DNA of 64,000 nucleotides. Origin: Thermodesulfobacteriota bacterium. Its GTDB lineage: Bacteria > Desulfobacterota > Desulfobacteria > Desulfobacterales > SURF-7. Under the pieces are notes generated by a model. The model searched no databases. It was not told the DNA's origin and worked only from the letters and a program-made list of their open reading frames with translations. Position 1 is the stretch's first letter; each line of letters starts with the position of its first letter. Positions 19,434-28,935 of this stretch are shown here, piece after piece. The stretch is taken from contig JBMORA010000031.1 of NCBI GenBank assembly GCA_049320885.1, positions 32,001 through 96,000 on the forward strand. Reading direction: 5' to 3'. A program made the translations under genes and the position numbers.

Positions 19434-20125
19434 GAGCCTTTATAAATCCGGCCGTCTTTCAGGCAAAACTGGCGGTCTGCGAATGGGTCGGCGATTTCGC
19501 TGTGGGTGGCGATAACGAGGGTCCTTTTCATTTCCCGATTCATATCGACCAATAAGCGAATGACCGCTTCGCCGTTCCTGCTGTCCAGATTGCCGGTGGG
19601 CTCATCCGCCAGTATAATGGCTGGGTGATTGATCAGTGCGCGCGCGATGGCCGTGCGCTGCATTTCACCGCCGGAGAGTTGGGCCGGAAAATGATCCAGA
19701 CGTTTTCCCATTTCCAGCCAATTAAGCAATTCTTCGGCACGCGACCGGATTTCCGCCTGCCCGGCGCCAGCCAGCAGCGCCGGCAAACAAACGTTTTCAA
19801 GCACCGTAAGGGTGGGCATGAGGTTAAACGCCTGGAAAATCATCCCGACAACATGGCGGCGATAAGCCGTCAACTGCTCCGTCGGCACCGCCGCCAAATC
19901 CACACCGGCAACCTGTAAAAGACCGCTGGTGGGTTTATCCAATCCACCCAGCAGCGCCAGCAAGGTGCTTTTACCTGATCCGCTGTTTCCTTTGAGGACG
20001 ATCATTTCAGCAGGAGCGATACGCAGATCAATGCCGATAAGCCCCACCACTTCGGTTGCCCCGCGCTGATGGATCCTGGTCAGTCCGCTGGCCTCGATAA
20101 TCCAGTTTTGATTTTGTTTATCCAT
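19421..20125 (-). CDS. ABC transporter ATP-binding protein (LolD/MacB-type)
   Basis: GNSGSGKST, LSGGEMQR, ILADEPTGNLD. Confidence 0.95.
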   Translation of the reverse strand: MDKQNQNWIIEASGLTRIHQRGATEVVGLIGIDLRIAPAEMIVLKGNSGSGKSTLLALLGGLDKPTSGLLQVAGVDLAAVPTEQLTAYRRHVVGMIFQAFNLMPTLTVLENVCLPALLAGAGQAEIRSRAEELLNWLEMGKRLDHFPAQLSGGEMQRTAIARALINHPAIILADEPTGNLDSRNGEAVIRLLVDMNREMKRTLVIATHSEIADPFADRQFCLKDGRIYKGSCEP

Positions 20126-20262
20126 AGATAGCTGTGCCCGGCCATTCCTGGTAATGTAGTCTTCACGTCATTATACATGTTTTTAGCGAATAGCAACGAT
20201 CATGATCCGGGTTGAAAAAAACGGGCGCCAATGCTTAACTGGACAAGACCGAGGAAAATGCA

Positions 20263-21063
20263 ATGCAGCCAACCACCCGACATCGAAATATAACCTTGAA
20301 GCGGCTTCTGCTGGACAGCTATCAATTCCTGCGGTCCCAATCCTTTGTGGTACGGTGGGCCGGCAAACCGTTCTCTCCCAGTTTTACATATGCAGAAATG
20401 GACATTACCTATAAATGCAATTTAAAATGTTTCAATTGCAATCGTTCCTGCACCCAGGCCCCCAGCAATATCGAAATGCCAGTTGGCATGGTCGAAACAT
20501 TTATCCGCCAGAGCATTGAAAAAAATATTCTCTGGCAGCGGATACGGTTATTGGGGGGGGAACCCACCTTGCACAGCCGAATTTTTGATATTATTCGTAT
20601 TCTGACTGATTATCAACGGAAGGACAACCCACATGTCAGCCTGGTCATCGGAACCAACTATTTTGGTCCGGAAGTGCATCGTGTGTTGGATCGATTGCCG
20701 CCGAACATCGCCGTCAAAAGCACCCTGAAAAAATCCCGCAGAAACCTGTTTAGACCATTTAATGTGGCCCCAAAGGATACGTTTTATAACCGCTTTTCGG
20801 ATTACTCCTGCGGATGCCGCATCATCGCTGACTGTGGTTTGGGGGTAACACCTTCTGGTTACTACATGTGCGCGGTGGCAGGCGGCATCGACCGGGTGTT
20901 CAAGTATCATTTGGGACGACAAAATCTTCCCGACAAATCCGATTCCTTATCGGATCAGATGGCTGCATTTTGCTGTCTTTGCGGTCATTTCGGTTTCATG
21001 TGGCCTACGAAAAAAAGTAAAATTTCCAAGACCTGGCTTACGGCTTATGACAATTTGAGGTAA
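20263..21063 (+). CDS. Radical SAM protein
   Basis: CNLKCFNC, GGEPTLH; extra C-terminal cysteines. Confidence 0.88.
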   Translation: MQPTTRHRNITLKRLLLDSYQFLRSQSFVVRWAGKPFSPSFTYAEMDITYKCNLKCFNCNRSCTQAPSNIEMPVGMVETFIRQSIEKNILWQRIRLLGGEPTLHSRIFDIIRILTDYQRKDNPHVSLVIGTNYFGPEVHRVLDRLPPNIAVKSTLKKSRRNLFRPFNVAPKDTFYNRFSDYSCGCRIIADCGLGVTPSGYYMCAVAGGIDRVFKYHLGRQNLPDKSDSLSDQMAAFCCLCGHFGFMWPTKKSKISKTWLTAYDNLR

Positions 21064-21079
21064 AGGAATACCGCTTCAA

Positions 21080-22303
21080 ATGAAAATACTGCATGTTATC
21101 GGGCAGAGACCGGAAATGACCGGCAGTGGCGTTTATCTCCAGGCACTTGCCAAGGAATCAACAAAACAGAACCACCAGAATTATTTGGTGGCCGGCGTGC
21201 CGCTGAACAAGATGCCCGAATTGGAAAATATCCCTCCTGATTGCTGCCAATATGTCCATTTTGAATCCGATCATCTGAATTTTCCGGTGACCGGCATGTC
21301 GGATGTCATGCCCTATGGGAGTTCACTTTTCAAAGAACTGAAAGGCGAGCGCCTCGACGCCTATAAAACAGCTTTCGGCCAAACGCTGATGGACGCCGTA
21401 ACCCTTTATCGGCCGGATATCATCCATACCCATCATCTGCTGGTGGTGACCGCCCTGACACGGCAATTGTTTCCCGATTTACCCATTGTAACCACCTGCC
21501 ACGGGACAGACCTCAGACAATACCATAACTGCGACCATCTAAGAACCTTCGTTAAAGAACATTGCTGCCGGTTGGACAGGATCATCGCCCTGACAACGGA
21601 TCATAAAAAAGCGATCAACACCGTATATGATATCCCCCTTGACAGGATTGCGACCATTCCCGGAGGATATGATGATCGGATCTTCAACCGGATACCCAAG
21701 ACCGTCGGCAGCAAGGTCCATATTCTGTATGCGGGCAAATTGAACCGGAGCAAAGGCGTTCCCTGGCTGTTGCGATCTCTTGCCAAAATACAAGACCAGG
21801 TCTGGCACCTTCATATGGCTGGAAGCGGCAAGGGGCCTGAGTATGAGGAATGTCTTGCCCTTGCCAGAAATTTGGGCCAAAGAGCAACCATCCATGGGTA
21901 CGTCAGCCACCATCAATTGTCCGCCTTAATGAAAAAAGCCCATATTCAAGTGCTGCCTTCCTTTTTTGAGGGCCTTCCCCTGGTCCTGTTTGAAGGGCTG
22001 GCATCCGGTTGCCGCGTCATCACCAACAACCTGCCCGGATTCGATGAAATCTTTGGCAAGGCAAAACGAAAAACAGTGGATCTGATACAACTGCCGGAAC
22101 TTGAAACCATTGACCGGCCGTATCAAAAGGATGAGCAATGGTTGATAGACGAGTTGGCGGAAAGAATAATGGAAATGATTTCCACTGTAAGGGAATGCCC
22201 CGATTTTGATGACCCCCATGCAGAAAAAATCGCCTCGCAATATACATGGCGGAAAATTTTCAAACGTGTCGAATCTGTATATCTCCAAGCGCTTGGTGAC
22301 TAG
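21080..22303 (+). CDS. Glycosyltransferase family 4
   Basis: TGSG, PDIIHTHH, HGTD, YAGKL...KG, PSFFEGLPLVLFE. Confidence 0.92.
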   Translation: MKILHVIGQRPEMTGSGVYLQALAKESTKQNHQNYLVAGVPLNKMPELENIPPDCCQYVHFESDHLNFPVTGMSDVMPYGSSLFKELKGERLDAYKTAFGQTLMDAVTLYRPDIIHTHHLLVVTALTRQLFPDLPIVTTCHGTDLRQYHNCDHLRTFVKEHCCRLDRIIALTTDHKKAINTVYDIPLDRIATIPGGYDDRIFNRIPKTVGSKVHILYAGKLNRSKGVPWLLRSLAKIQDQVWHLHMAGSGKGPEYEECLALARNLGQRATIHGYVSHHQLSALMKKAHIQVLPSFFEGLPLVLFEGLASGCRVITNNLPGFDEIFGKAKRKTVDLIQLPELETIDRPYQKDEQWLIDELAERIMEMISTVRECPDFDDPHAEKIASQYTWRKIFKRVESVYLQALGD

Positions 22304-22508
22304 GTTCCTTGACCTGGATTTCAGTTGCACTAAAAACCGCTTCCTTTATTTCGTTGCCCAAAAGAACAAAAAAAACCGTAATTCCGTTTCGCTTGTGAAA
22401 AACTGAAGGCCTTCCCTGCATTTGCGCCCCATACCAGAACCCCCATTGAAAAAATTCGGAAAATCTAGGCTCGTAACAATTTTAAAACCATTTCAACAAC
22501 CAAAGTTC

Positions 22509-22557
22509 TTGACAAGCGGCCCGTTTCTTAATATTGAACAAATTATCTTTTTGTTCA
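22509..22557 (+). promoter_or_regulatory. Putative promoter -35 and TetR operator
   Basis: TTGACA at 22509-22514; perfect inverted repeat TGAACAAA-N7-TTTGTTCA at 22535-22557 upstream of tetR; -10 box is not well matched. Confidence 0.6.
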
Positions 22558-22607
22558 TTTATTCATTTTAACCATGCCGATGATCCGGCGCCGACGAAAC
22601 GGGTGCC

Positions 22608-23198
22608 ATGCGCAAGAAAGAAAACCTGGAAACGATTTTGGAGGCGGCCCTGGCCGTGTTCGCGAAATTCGGTTATCGCAAGGCGACCCTGGAGGATATC
22701 GCCGGCCGGCTGCGGATGACCAAGAGCAATCTCTATATCTACGCGGCAAGCAAGCGGGAGCTGTACCAAAAGACCGTGGCCTGGGCCCTGCTGCGCTGGC
22801 AGATGCGCGTCCGCGAGGCGGTGGAACGGGAATCCGGGGCCCGGGAAAAATTCACGGTGATGTGCTTCAAGGCCGTGGAGTATCTTTCGGAAGACGAGGA
22901 GTTCCGCCAGGTGCTCCTCCAAGACCCGGATATTTTTCCCATGTTTCCGGTGAACGATCCGTTTCAGGAGATCAACCGGAATTCCGTGCTCATGATCCGC
23001 GGCATCCTCCAGCAGGGCATCCGGGAAGGCGTGTTCCGGCCCGTGGATCCGGAAAAAATGTCCGACGTGATTTTCATGATCTACAAGATGTTCATCATCC
23101 GAACCTATGTAAAAACCGACGAGCGGCAACTCCAGGAGGCCTTCGCCGACACCTTCGAGCTGCTGGTCAACGGTCTGTTTGTCAGGAGCAATGCATGA
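22608..23198 (+). CDS. TetR/AcrR family regulator
   Basis: ILEAALAVFAKFGYRKATLEDIA...KSNLYIY..SKREL. Confidence 0.93.
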   Translation: MRKKENLETILEAALAVFAKFGYRKATLEDIAGRLRMTKSNLYIYAASKRELYQKTVAWALLRWQMRVREAVERESGAREKFTVMCFKAVEYLSEDEEFRQVLLQDPDIFPMFPVNDPFQEINRNSVLMIRGILQQGIREGVFRPVDPEKMSDVIFMIYKMFIIRTYVKTDERQLQEAFADTFELLVNGLFVRSNA

Positions 23199-23256
23199 AG
23201 GCCTTCATCCCAGGCGCCATGCTTCCCATTCCACCCTTCACATCCAGGAGGTCACC

Positions 23257-23658
23257 ATGAACGCCACATTTCAGTATCTGAGTCCGGAATGGCGGGATCA
23301 GGCCGAACAAAAACTGAAGGCCGAACTTCCGCCGGAGCGCATGAACCACATCACTTCCTCCATGTCCAACATTTACATTCATTGTCCGGACGGGAAGGAC
23401 CGTTACCTGTTTTTCCATTACGAAAACGGGAGCCTGAAGCAACTGCTGGCCGGGGAAGGCGAGCCGCCCGCAGCCGAATTCAGGATCACCGGCGACTACG
23501 AGACCTTCGCCAAAATCACCCGGGCTGAACTCAGTTCCCAGAAAGCGCTGATGACCATGAGGCTGAAACTGAAAGGCAACATGATCAAGGCCCTGAAACT
23601 GGCTTCCGTCGCCGACCGGTTGAACAAAGTTCTTTCCGGCATTCCGACGAATTATTGA
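23257..23658 (+). CDS. SCP2 sterol/lipid-binding domain protein
   Basis: AGGAGG RBS before ATG 23257; YLSPEW; KALMTMRLKLKGNMIKALKL. Confidence 0.85.
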   Translation: MNATFQYLSPEWRDQAEQKLKAELPPERMNHITSSMSNIYIHCPDGKDRYLFFHYENGSLKQLLAGEGEPPAAEFRITGDYETFAKITRAELSSQKALMTMRLKLKGNMIKALKLASVADRLNKVLSGIPTNY

Positions 23659-23683
23659 TATCATTGACCAGGAGGAAATCACC

Positions 23684-24910
23684 ATGGCAGCCCTGCTCGA
23701 AAAAACCAGCCCATATTATATCGATTTTCCCAAACGCCTCAAGGACGTCCAGGAGGCAATGGCCGCCCAACAAATCGATGTCTACCTCGGTTCCCGGCTC
23801 CGCACCTTGTCCTGGATGACGGACGCCTTTTGCCCCTGGCGCAGCTTCATCGTCATTCCCGGCGAAGGTCTCCCCACGGTTTTCACCTTCGTCATCGACG
23901 CCGCCAGAATCGCCGACGATTCCTGGCTGGGGGAATCCCAGGTCTATGGGTTCGCGCCCATGGGCGGTCAGGACCAGATCGAACAAATTTCCGATTTCAT
24001 CAAGGACCTGCTGAAAAACGGCAAGGGAAGAATCGGCATCGAAAGCGGCATGTCCAATTATCTCCCCGAAGGCTGGTTGACCCATTATGAGTACAACCAG
24101 TTCCAGAGCGCGCTCTCGGGCGCCGAGCTGGTCAATGCCCACACGATCATGGACAAGCTGGCCCTCATCAAGGACCAGGGCACCATCAACCGCTTCCGCG
24201 AAGCTTCCCGGATCGTGGACGTGGGGCATCAGGCGGTGCTGGCGGCCCTGAAAAACGGCGGTTACAAGGGCATGACCGAAACGGAAATCGCCGGCCTGGC
24301 GGCCTATGCCATGCGCAAGGAAGGCAGCGAGTTCGAATGGTCCTTCACCGGAGGCAACGAGATCGCCAGCGGCTACCGCACCAGCTATATGGGCGGCGCC
24401 TGCACGCCCGCAACCCGCCGGAAAATCCAGGCCGGTGAGCCGCTCATGGTGGACATCCACTCCATGTTCATGCTCGGGCTGGGCGATCATGCCCACAACT
24501 ACCTCATCGGACCGGCCACGGACCGTCAGTTCTGGCATGCCAGCAATTTTGTGGACATCGTAGCGTTGACCCTCAAGACCTATCGGGCGGGCATCACCCC
24601 CTCCAGACTGGCCGAGGAAATGATGAATTTCGCTGACTCCCGGGGCTTTTCCGATTACATGGTGCCCGGCTTCGAGCACGGAATCGGGATGATGGGGGAC
24701 GAATGGCGGATCGGACTGAACGACGGCCCCTTCCCGTACTGGACCAATCCGGACCATGTCTACCAGGAAAATGAAGTCCTGATCTGCGCCATGCAGTACG
24801 CCTGTCCGGATGAAAAAATCGGTTTCCGCTATGAGAACCCCATCGTGATTCAACAGAACGGTTGCGAGGCCCTGTCCAAATTTCCGCTGGGCATTGAGGA
24901 AATTGTCTGA
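23684..24910 (+). CDS. M24 (Xaa-Pro peptidase/creatinase fold) hydrolase, atypical
   Basis: Creatinase-like N-domain; GMTETEIA, VDIH, GDH, EHGIG, GFRYENPIVI. Confidence 0.85.
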   Translation: MAALLEKTSPYYIDFPKRLKDVQEAMAAQQIDVYLGSRLRTLSWMTDAFCPWRSFIVIPGEGLPTVFTFVIDAARIADDSWLGESQVYGFAPMGGQDQIEQISDFIKDLLKNGKGRIGIESGMSNYLPEGWLTHYEYNQFQSALSGAELVNAHTIMDKLALIKDQGTINRFREASRIVDVGHQAVLAALKNGGYKGMTETEIAGLAAYAMRKEGSEFEWSFTGGNEIASGYRTSYMGGACTPATRRKIQAGEPLMVDIHSMFMLGLGDHAHNYLIGPATDRQFWHASNFVDIVALTLKTYRAGITPSRLAEEMMNFADSRGFSDYMVPGFEHGIGMMGDEWRIGLNDGPFPYWTNPDHVYQENEVLICAMQYACPDEKIGFRYENPIVIQQNGCEALSKFPLGIEEIV

Positions 24911-25043
24911 TTTCCAGGCCGTTGGGGACGTCGCCGTCCCCGGCGGCCGGACGCAAGCGAACCGCGGGGAGGCCGTCCCTCCCAGAGCACAGGCCGAAAC
25001 GACTGATTGAAGAGCGGCCCACGGCCGCTCATGGTCATGTAGC

Positions 25044-25241
25044 TCATGAAAAACGCCCGGGCCCTCCGGGAGCGCAGGCGCCCAGGCCCTTGCCTCCCAG
25101 ACAGGTACCGGCGCTCATCAGCTTTTTCACGTTGACGGAGCGGCAGCGGGGGCATTCGGTCCCTTCCTCCGAATCCCCCTGCATCATCAGTTTTTCAAAC
25201 CCTTTGCCGCAGGCGTTGCATTCATATTCATAAATCGGCAC
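25044..25241 (-). CDS. FmdB family zinc-ribbon protein
   Basis: GTG start: MPIYEYECNACG..FE...CPRCRS; GGAAAGGAAGG RBS. Confidence 0.88.
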   Translation of the reverse strand: MPIYEYECNACGKGFEKLMMQGDSEEGTECPRCRSVNVKKLMSAGTCLGGKGLGACAPGGPGRFS

Positions 25242-25445
25242 GTCGGTTCCTTCCTTTCCCCGAATAAGTTTCCCTGCCCAACAGCCGCCGGTGGTGTTCC
25301 GTCCAGCCCTTCCGCCCGGCGACCGCTTCCGGCCAACCCGGACCGGTCCGACCGTCTGGTAATATAGGGTCGATTCCCCGGATTTCAAGCCCCCGGCAAA
25401 ACCGGCCACCTCCTGCGGCGTCTTGTCCCGGGCACGGAGTTCGAT

Positions 25446-26117
25446 TCACACGCCCAGCGCGCTGCGGATGGCCTTCACCGCTGCGTTGATGCCGATAAAC
25501 CCGGTGTTGATCACCAGGTCGTATTGCAGCGGATCATCCACATCCGCGTTGAAATACTTGCGGACAAAAGCCTTTCGATCCGATTCCGTGCGGATGACGC
25601 GACGTCTGGTTTCCTCCTCCGGTGAACCGAACTGCCGGCAGACATTTTTGACCCGGATTTCAAGGGGCGCGATGATCCGCACGCTGAAACGCTTTTCCCG
25701 CGGGATGAGGTAATTGGCGCCCCGGCCGACGATGACCGCCCGGCCGTGTCTGGCGATGGTGCCGATGATTTTCATCAGATGGTGCAGGTATTCGTCCGGC
25801 CAGAGATGGCGGTCCAGAATCGCCGCGGATACCCAGTCCTCGATCATGGAAAGCCCCCTCTCGTCCAGGGTTTCCATCAACATCTTGCTGACGTGGGCGC
25901 TCTGGGAGATTTCCCGGATGAATTCCTGATGAAAAAAATCCAGCTTCAGCTCTTCGGCCAGTTGTTGCGCCACCAGACGCCCCCCGCTTCCGGGTGCCCG
26001 GGAAATGGTGATCACCGGCACGTTTTCCGCAACCGGTTTCTCTTCCTGATGCAACCGCTGCCAGCGTTGCGCCTGTTCCTCGACAATCTGATGAATGGAG
26101 CGGGTTCTGGTCTGCAT
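25446..26117 (-). CDS. Cytidylate kinase-like family protein
   Basis: VITISRAPGSGG, VIVGRGA, YDLVINTG; AAAGGAGG RBS before ATG 26117. Confidence 0.88.
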   Translation of the reverse strand: MQTRTRSIHQIVEEQAQRWQRLHQEEKPVAENVPVITISRAPGSGGRLVAQQLAEELKLDFFHQEFIREISQSAHVSKMLMETLDERGLSMIEDWVSAAILDRHLWPDEYLHHLMKIIGTIARHGRAVIVGRGANYLIPREKRFSVRIIAPLEIRVKNVCRQFGSPEEETRRRVIRTESDRKAFVRKYFNADVDDPLQYDLVINTGFIGINAAVKAIRSALGV

Positions 26118-26471
26118 ATGCCCTCCTTTCTGTTGATGACGAAGACGGAACGCCCCATCCGGCGGGTCGGTCATCCGGAACAACGGTTCCAGCGAGGGCC
26201 CCGCCGATGTCAACCTATTCGGATTGTAATAAGAAATCGTCTCAAATGAAAATGGAGAGAGGAGAAGGAGAGCCGCCGCCCAGGGGTTTCCGGCAAATAC
26301 CGCGCAACAGTCTTTTTCGCGGAGCAGTCCGTCCGTTTCCGGTTTGAATCTACTTCCACTTTAAATGGAAAACCACCCTCAGTCAATACAAAACCAAGCA
26401 GTCGTCCCGGAACAACGATTCGATGATTTTTTCTCCGGCTCGGTCACAGTGCGCTTCGGCAGGGGATGGAT

Positions 26472-27266
26472 TTATTGGCTGGCCGGATGGGCGCTTTTTT
26501 TCGCGGCAACGCTTTTCCTGATCCAGTCGATCCAGATGTCAAATCCCTCCCCGGTCTTGGCCGACAGGCGAAAAATCGGCATCTGCGGATGAATCTGGCG
26601 GATATGACCCTCCGCCGCCGCCACATCGAAATCGAGGTAGGGCAAGAGGTCGACCTTGTTCAGCAAAGCCACGTCGCTCTCCCGGAACATCAGGGGATAT
26701 TTCAAGGGTTTGTCCTCCCCTTCGGTGACACTCAGGACCACCGCCCGGGCATCCTCTCCGATATCGAATTCCGCCGGGCACACCAGGTTCCCGATGTTCT
26801 CGACCACCAACAAATCCAAATTGTCGCTGTCGATCCCGTCAAAGGCGGTCTGGATCACATGCGCGGTCAGGTGGCAGTCGCCGCCGAATTCGTCCGTATT
26901 GATCTGCACCACGGGCACACCGGCCCTGGCGAGGCGGTCCGCGTCATTGGTGGTGCAGATGTCGCCCACAATCACGGCGCATTTCAGCTCATCCCGGAGC
27001 AGGTTCAGGGTTTTTTCCAGGGTGGTGGTCTTGCCCGATCCCGGGGAACTCATCATGTTCAAAACAAAAATACCCTTGCCGGAAAAAATCGCACGGTTTC
27101 TGCGGGCCATTTCCTCATTGACGTCCAGCACCCGGCGGAGCACCTTGATCTCCCTTCCGGCCGTGGTCTTGCTTTCCACCCCGCCGCCGTGACGGTGTTC
27201 ATGGTGGTGTTTATGGGAATCCTCATGATGACGGAATCGTATCATCTTCATTTCCACATCCAGCAT
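26472..27266 (-). CDS. hypB: Hydrogenase nickel incorporation GTPase HypB
   Basis: His-rich N-terminus, SSPGSGKTT, CHL, ENIGNLVCPAEFDIGE, EGEDKPLKYP, NKVD. Confidence 0.95.
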   Translation of the reverse strand: MLDVEMKMIRFRHHEDSHKHHHEHRHGGGVESKTTAGREIKVLRRVLDVNEEMARRNRAIFSGKGIFVLNMMSSPGSGKTTTLEKTLNLLRDELKCAVIVGDICTTNDADRLARAGVPVVQINTDEFGGDCHLTAHVIQTAFDGIDSDNLDLLVVENIGNLVCPAEFDIGEDARAVVLSVTEGEDKPLKYPLMFRESDVALLNKVDLLPYLDFDVAAAEGHIRQIHPQMPIFRLSAKTGEGFDIWIDWIRKSVAAKKSAHPASQ

Positions 27267-27366
27267 GGCGATAACTCCTGTAAAATTGTAAATTGATCCG
27301 GATGGAACCCGATACCCATCATGCTTGCATCACGCGCTGAAATCAATCATTTTGTGCTGTCCACCG

Positions 27367-28839
27367 TCAAATACCGAACACCCGCTTCATGGGAATCCCC
27401 TCTTCCGGATCGCCCTTCAGCACGGCGTACGCCTTGACCCCCTCGAGTTTCTTGGACAGTCTGGGCACCAGGGAAGTGTTTTTCATCTGCAACTCCATGA
27501 AAATATCCGTGGGCGGCTGGAAGCCCGCCTTGCGGCTCAATTCCCGGGTGAAACAATAAACATCCTCCAGTTCGTCGACCTTGACGATCTGGTTTACATG
27601 CAGGAATATTTCCGGAAAGGTCTTGAAAGCCTCCCGGACCCAGGGCGTATTGGAAAAAGTCTCGGCATAGACCCGTTCAATGCCCATCTCTTCCGCCAGG
27701 CGCAGAATCTCCCGGATCACCTGATAGAAAATGGGCTCGCGGTTTTCCAGCAATCCATCCTGACACTGTCCACTCAGGTCGTCCCGAAGCGCCCGGACGG
27801 TTTCAATGGCGTCCACCGCCAGGGCCATGCGGCCTTCCCCGTTCCGGAGAATGAAAAGCGGCAGCAGGTGGGCCTTCATGACAAACACGCCCTGATGAAA
27901 AACTTTTAAAATCTGATAATTGCGATCCAGGATCCAGGGGAAAACGGTCCAGTAAATGTTCTCCACATGGCGATCGGCCTGGAAGGTCTTTTTGTCCGCA
28001 GTGCAATCTCCGGTCTGTTTCCCCAACAAAAGGTACCGGGAATCGCGACGCGCGAATTCATAATCGATTTCACGTCCCGCCGGGCAGATCAGGCCACCGG
28101 TGCCGGCAAGGGGCGTGATTCTGCCGATCTCGAAAAGGGCCATGGCGATTTCATCGGCAAAAACAGCCAGCCGCTCACTCTTCGGATCGGCGACATCGAA
28201 GGACGTGGCCTGGAAAAGACGCGCAAGGATGTCCTTTGCCAACACCAGGGCCAAGGCCTTCCGACAGGCGGCGCTTCTCTCGCCGGCCCCTATGCTGGCA
28301 ATCTTTCTGGTCAGGATTTTAGCGGCTGCTTGGGGCAATTCTCTTTCCGGGATGGAATTGAGCACATCCCGGCGGATGAAGCCATCGGCCAGAAACGGCC
28401 GCAGATCCGTTTTCCCGGCCCGGAGCAGTTCCTCCTGATTGTCCCGGATGATGCGGCCCACCAGCGACGGCGGGTTCAGATTGCAGAAAGGCTCCAGGCG
28501 CAGATCGAATTCCCTGGCATAATCACGATGCCAGGTATCGAAAAAACCGAACACGGCGGCCTTCAGGTTGAATCCGGGCTTTTCCAGCAATTCCGTGATC
28601 AGCCTGCCGGCGGCCAGATTCAGGCCTTTCTTGTTTTTCCGGGTATTTTTCGGGGAAACGAAGCGATAGTCGCTGGGCAGACGTCCATACAACCGTCTGG
28701 CCTCCTGCAAAGGGATGCAAACCGGTCCGTTATGTTCGGTGAACCCGATAATATACGGGTTGTATTCAGGTCGCTCCGGTGTCGGCATGACAAATTCCGC
28801 CTGGGTTCGTTGGCAATCGGGTTGGTACTTACCCCCCAC
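27367..28839 (-). CDS. Hypothetical protein (~470-490 aa)
   Basis: Long ORF with protein-like composition; start uncertain; no confident family. Confidence 0.7.
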   Translation of the reverse strand: MGGKYQPDCQRTQAEFVMPTPERPEYNPYIIGFTEHNGPVCIPLQEARRLYGRLPSDYRFVSPKNTRKNKKGLNLAAGRLITELLEKPGFNLKAAVFGFFDTWHRDYAREFDLRLEPFCNLNPPSLVGRIIRDNQEELLRAGKTDLRPFLADGFIRRDVLNSIPERELPQAAAKILTRKIASIGAGERSAACRKALALVLAKDILARLFQATSFDVADPKSERLAVFADEIAMALFEIGRITPLAGTGGLICPAGREIDYEFARRDSRYLLLGKQTGDCTADKKTFQADRHVENIYWTVFPWILDRNYQILKVFHQGVFVMKAHLLPLFILRNGEGRMALAVDAIETVRALRDDLSGQCQDGLLENREPIFYQVIREILRLAEEMGIERVYAETFSNTPWVREAFKTFPEIFLHVNQIVKVDELEDVYCFTRELSRKAGFQPPTDIFMELQMKNTSLVPRLSKKLEGVKAYAVLKGDPEEGIPMKRVFGI

Positions 28840-28935
28840 CGGGTTCTCCCCGCCCGGTGAAACGGAATCACTTTTCTATAATTCCGTCGAAAAGTCAAAC
28901 GGTCCGAAGCGACCATCGCGCTGATTTTTCACGGG

